A stretch of DNA of 64,000 bases from Octopus vulgaris (Eukaryota), in NCBI GenBank assembly GCA_951406725.2, contig OX597817.1:73284001-73348000 (forward strand), read 5' to 3'. Below the pieces are notes generated by a model. It was not told the DNA's origin. It saw only the letters and a list, made by a program, of their open reading frames with translations, and searched no databases. Made by a program: the position numbers and the translations under genes. Of this stretch, positions 61,338 through 64,000 are shown piece after piece (the stretch's first letter is position 1; each line of letters opens with the position of its first letter).

Positions 61338-61868
61338 CTGTTATCGACAGTCAAATTTTCTGTTTACTTAAGGATGAATAAATAAACTACTAAAGGCAAT
61401 ATTTACCGCCACTTAAAAGTGGATGTGTTAAAATACAGAATACAGTGATAGTTACCATGAGAGAACCTTGTCAGTGGTAGACGCCAAGGAAAGCTGAAAT
61501 CACGTTATATATTAGTCCTGGCGGTGGCGGTGGCGATGGCGGTGATTGTCACCAACTAGTGATGTAAGCAAGAGTGCATATGTGCACCACAAAACCATAT
61601 GAAATGTTCTCTCATAGCAACTATTGCAGTATTTTGTGTTCTAATATATCATCCACTTTTAAGTGGTGGTAAATATTACCTTCAAGTATTAATTCTGTTT
61701 CTTTTGCTATTAATAATTTTTTAAAGCTATTAAACAGTAACCCAGTTACTTGCTCTTCTCTTTCTCAATGAGGTAGTGACAGCTATTCCGAAAGTCCACC
61801 GATCAATTATTACATTCGTCTCACGAGTATATTAGTTTATTTATGAAAATTTGGCTGTCGATAATAGA
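61338..61868. mobile_element. Fold-back/MITE-like element with nested inverted repeats
   Basis: 61341-61360 pairs with 61845-61864, and 61392-61466 pairs with 61606-61683. A fragment of the same family lies near 55470-55507. Confidence 0.7.
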
Positions 61869-62294
61869 AAAGCATCAAATTGATTTAGAGATTAATAAAT
61901 TCGGGTAAGGCCGGGTATTGGAAGGAAATTAGTATATTGAATAACCTAGAAGATTTGAACCCGTGATTCGTATCAAATCGAAATAAATGTACCGTGTTTG
62001 TGTAATTTAGGATTCTCGGATGAAGTGGTAGGTTAGATTGGACATCATTGGTAAGACTGAGATTGGAAATATAAACTGAAATATTATATATTGTTCATAC
62101 TCAGATCAGCTCTTGATCGAGGAGCCTAGGAAACATGTTCCATCCGTAATTATTCCTTATCTTTCTCCAGTATACTGAGGACTACAATATTCAATGTGTG
62201 CTTCATTTTCTAAAGATGGTAGGGTATGATTTAATAATGATTTAACTTCTATTTCTGGCAAGTTGAACAACCACATTGTTATTGTTACTGGGTG

Positions 62295-62660
62295 ATGGTA
62301 ATTGTTGTTAGAAACAACATTACCGGGTCTCGGGCTCAGTCCTAATGTGCGGCAACTTGGGCAAGTGCCTTCTACTATAGCTGCGGGCCGAACAATTCAT
62401 TGTGAGTGAATTTTGGGCGATGGAAACCGAAAAGAAGCTCATTGTATGGATGTCTGTGTATGTGTCTTTGTATTGGTTCCCCACCACTTGACAACTGGCA
62501 TTGGGTTGTTTATATCCTGCAGCGACTTGGCAAAAGGAAACCGATAGAATAAGTACCAGACTTAAAAAGCTAAGTACATGATGGTCGACTTCCTCGACTA
62601 AACATTTCTAGTGTCCCAGCGAGGCCGTAAGTTCAGCGATTGAAATAAGTAGACGATAAA
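62295..62660 (+). mobile_element. SINE family A, old copy
   Basis: cttgggcaagtgccttctactatagc...accgatagaataagtacc. Confidence 0.75.
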
Positions 62661-62899
62661 AAATTTGAATTTAGTTCGATCGTCTAAGTATACGGTCTGT
62701 ATCTACACGCTGTCGTCTATCTACATCCTAACACTGTGATATAAGCAGATAATCATGAATTTAAAAGAATCTGTTCTAAAGTTGAAAAACACCATGAACA
62801 TGAACTACAAAAATCTTTTATTGACGTATAAGAAATATTGTTTTGCACTGTAAAAAGATAAAGTTGTTCTTATTCGAGGTATCATCTATATAACAATTT

Positions 62900-63100
62900 C
62901 TAATTTAGGCTCGTAGCCAGCAATTTTGAGGAGAAGGGATTAGTGATATCCTCAACTCCAGTACTTGACTGGTACTTTGTTTTACCTATCGATCCTAAAA
63001 GGATGAAAGGTATAGTTAACATAAATGGGATTTGAGTTCAGAATGTAGAGTTGGAATAAATATCGTTAAGCATTTTATTCGTCTCTGAAAGGTCGCCGGC
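62900..63100 (-). mobile_element. SINE family B, old copy
   Basis: ccagtacttgactggtact...aaaggatgaaagg...gatttgagttcagaa. Confidence 0.7.
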
Positions 63101-63462
63101 CTTGGTATCATCGGAATAATGGTTTCTGATTGAGGCACATGGCTAACGCTTTGGTTATCATCCATTTAATGAAAAATAATAAATAAAACAATCCAGTTAA
63201 TGTATTTAACAGAGTACATACATTTTCCCATCTCAGTAACATACTGTCTGGTTATCTTTTGCGTGAAAAGTAAATAGAGATGTTTTTGTTTAAATGTCAA
63301 ATTATTACAAAACTATATCGTATGTTGTTTATTGTTAGGTATAGACAACTTACATGAATAGACAGTATTTCTCATATAAATTATTTGCTTACATCGTTTC
63401 TGATCTGTTTTCACGAGACAGTATTTATTGGTTATTTAATTTCCTATTATATAATAGGGTGG

Positions 63463-63740
63463 GTGTGAAGGCGCGTGGCTTAGTGGTTAGGGCATTCGGC
63501 TGCGCGTTGTGTCCTTGAGCAAGACGCTTTATTTCTCGTTGCTCCAGTCCACTCACCTGGCGAAAATGAGTTGTACCTGTATTTCAAAGGACCAACCTTG
63601 TCACATTCTGTGTCTCGCTGAATCTCCCTGAGAGCCACGTTAAGGGTACGCGTGCCTGAGGAGTGCTCAGCCACTCACACGTTAACTTCTGTTGATCGGA
63701 CCAACAGGAACCCTTGCCGTAACCGACCCAGTGCCAGATA
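63463..63740 (+). mobile_element. tRNA-derived SINE with the B box deleted
   Basis: A-box TGGCTTAGTGG joined almost directly to gttgtgtccttgagcaagac, a V/CORE-like SINE motif. Confidence 0.65.
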
Positions 63741-64000
63741 GATTGTATGCAGCTTTCAGTATCAATCTTTTTCTTTTTGAGTTATAAATATTCAGAAAAA
63801 TTTTAACATTAACAATATGTTCGTGGTTGTGTAGATCCTAGATTAGCCCTGATCGAGCAAGTAGTCAAACAAACCACTAAGCATCACTCGTAGATTCATC
63901 ATCTCAGTATTTCATCTTCACTTCATTCAGGACGATATACTACAGAACAACAGTTTGGACATATTCCACTTCTTCCACTGTCCACTCTCGTCCTGCAGGC

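Overview
AT-rich, extremely microsatellite-dense eukaryotic DNA with no intact host protein-coding exon that I can support. The SINE, LINE and microsatellite repertoire suggests a coleoid cephalopod such as an octopus (inference). The window is a mosaic of mobile-element debris: at least four tRNA-derived SINE families, 3' fragments of CR1-group, L1/Tx1 and RTE LINEs, two decayed Penelope-like (RT + GIY-YIG) elements, an internally deleted mariner, and several TIR-bounded MITEs. One MITE has a clean 8-bp target-site duplication (TSD). The only apparently intact gene is a tRNA-Leu(CAG), with two decaying paralogs nearby. The most interesting signals are (1) several minimal type I hammerhead-ribozyme folds, one apparently forming the tail of a tRNA-headed SINE, (2) two SINE families whose 3' tails match two different LINEs in the same window, and (3) recurrent head-to-head SINE pairs. 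Several near-perfect duplications and a palindrome look like assembly artefacts. Almost all ORF-track entries are translated microsatellites.
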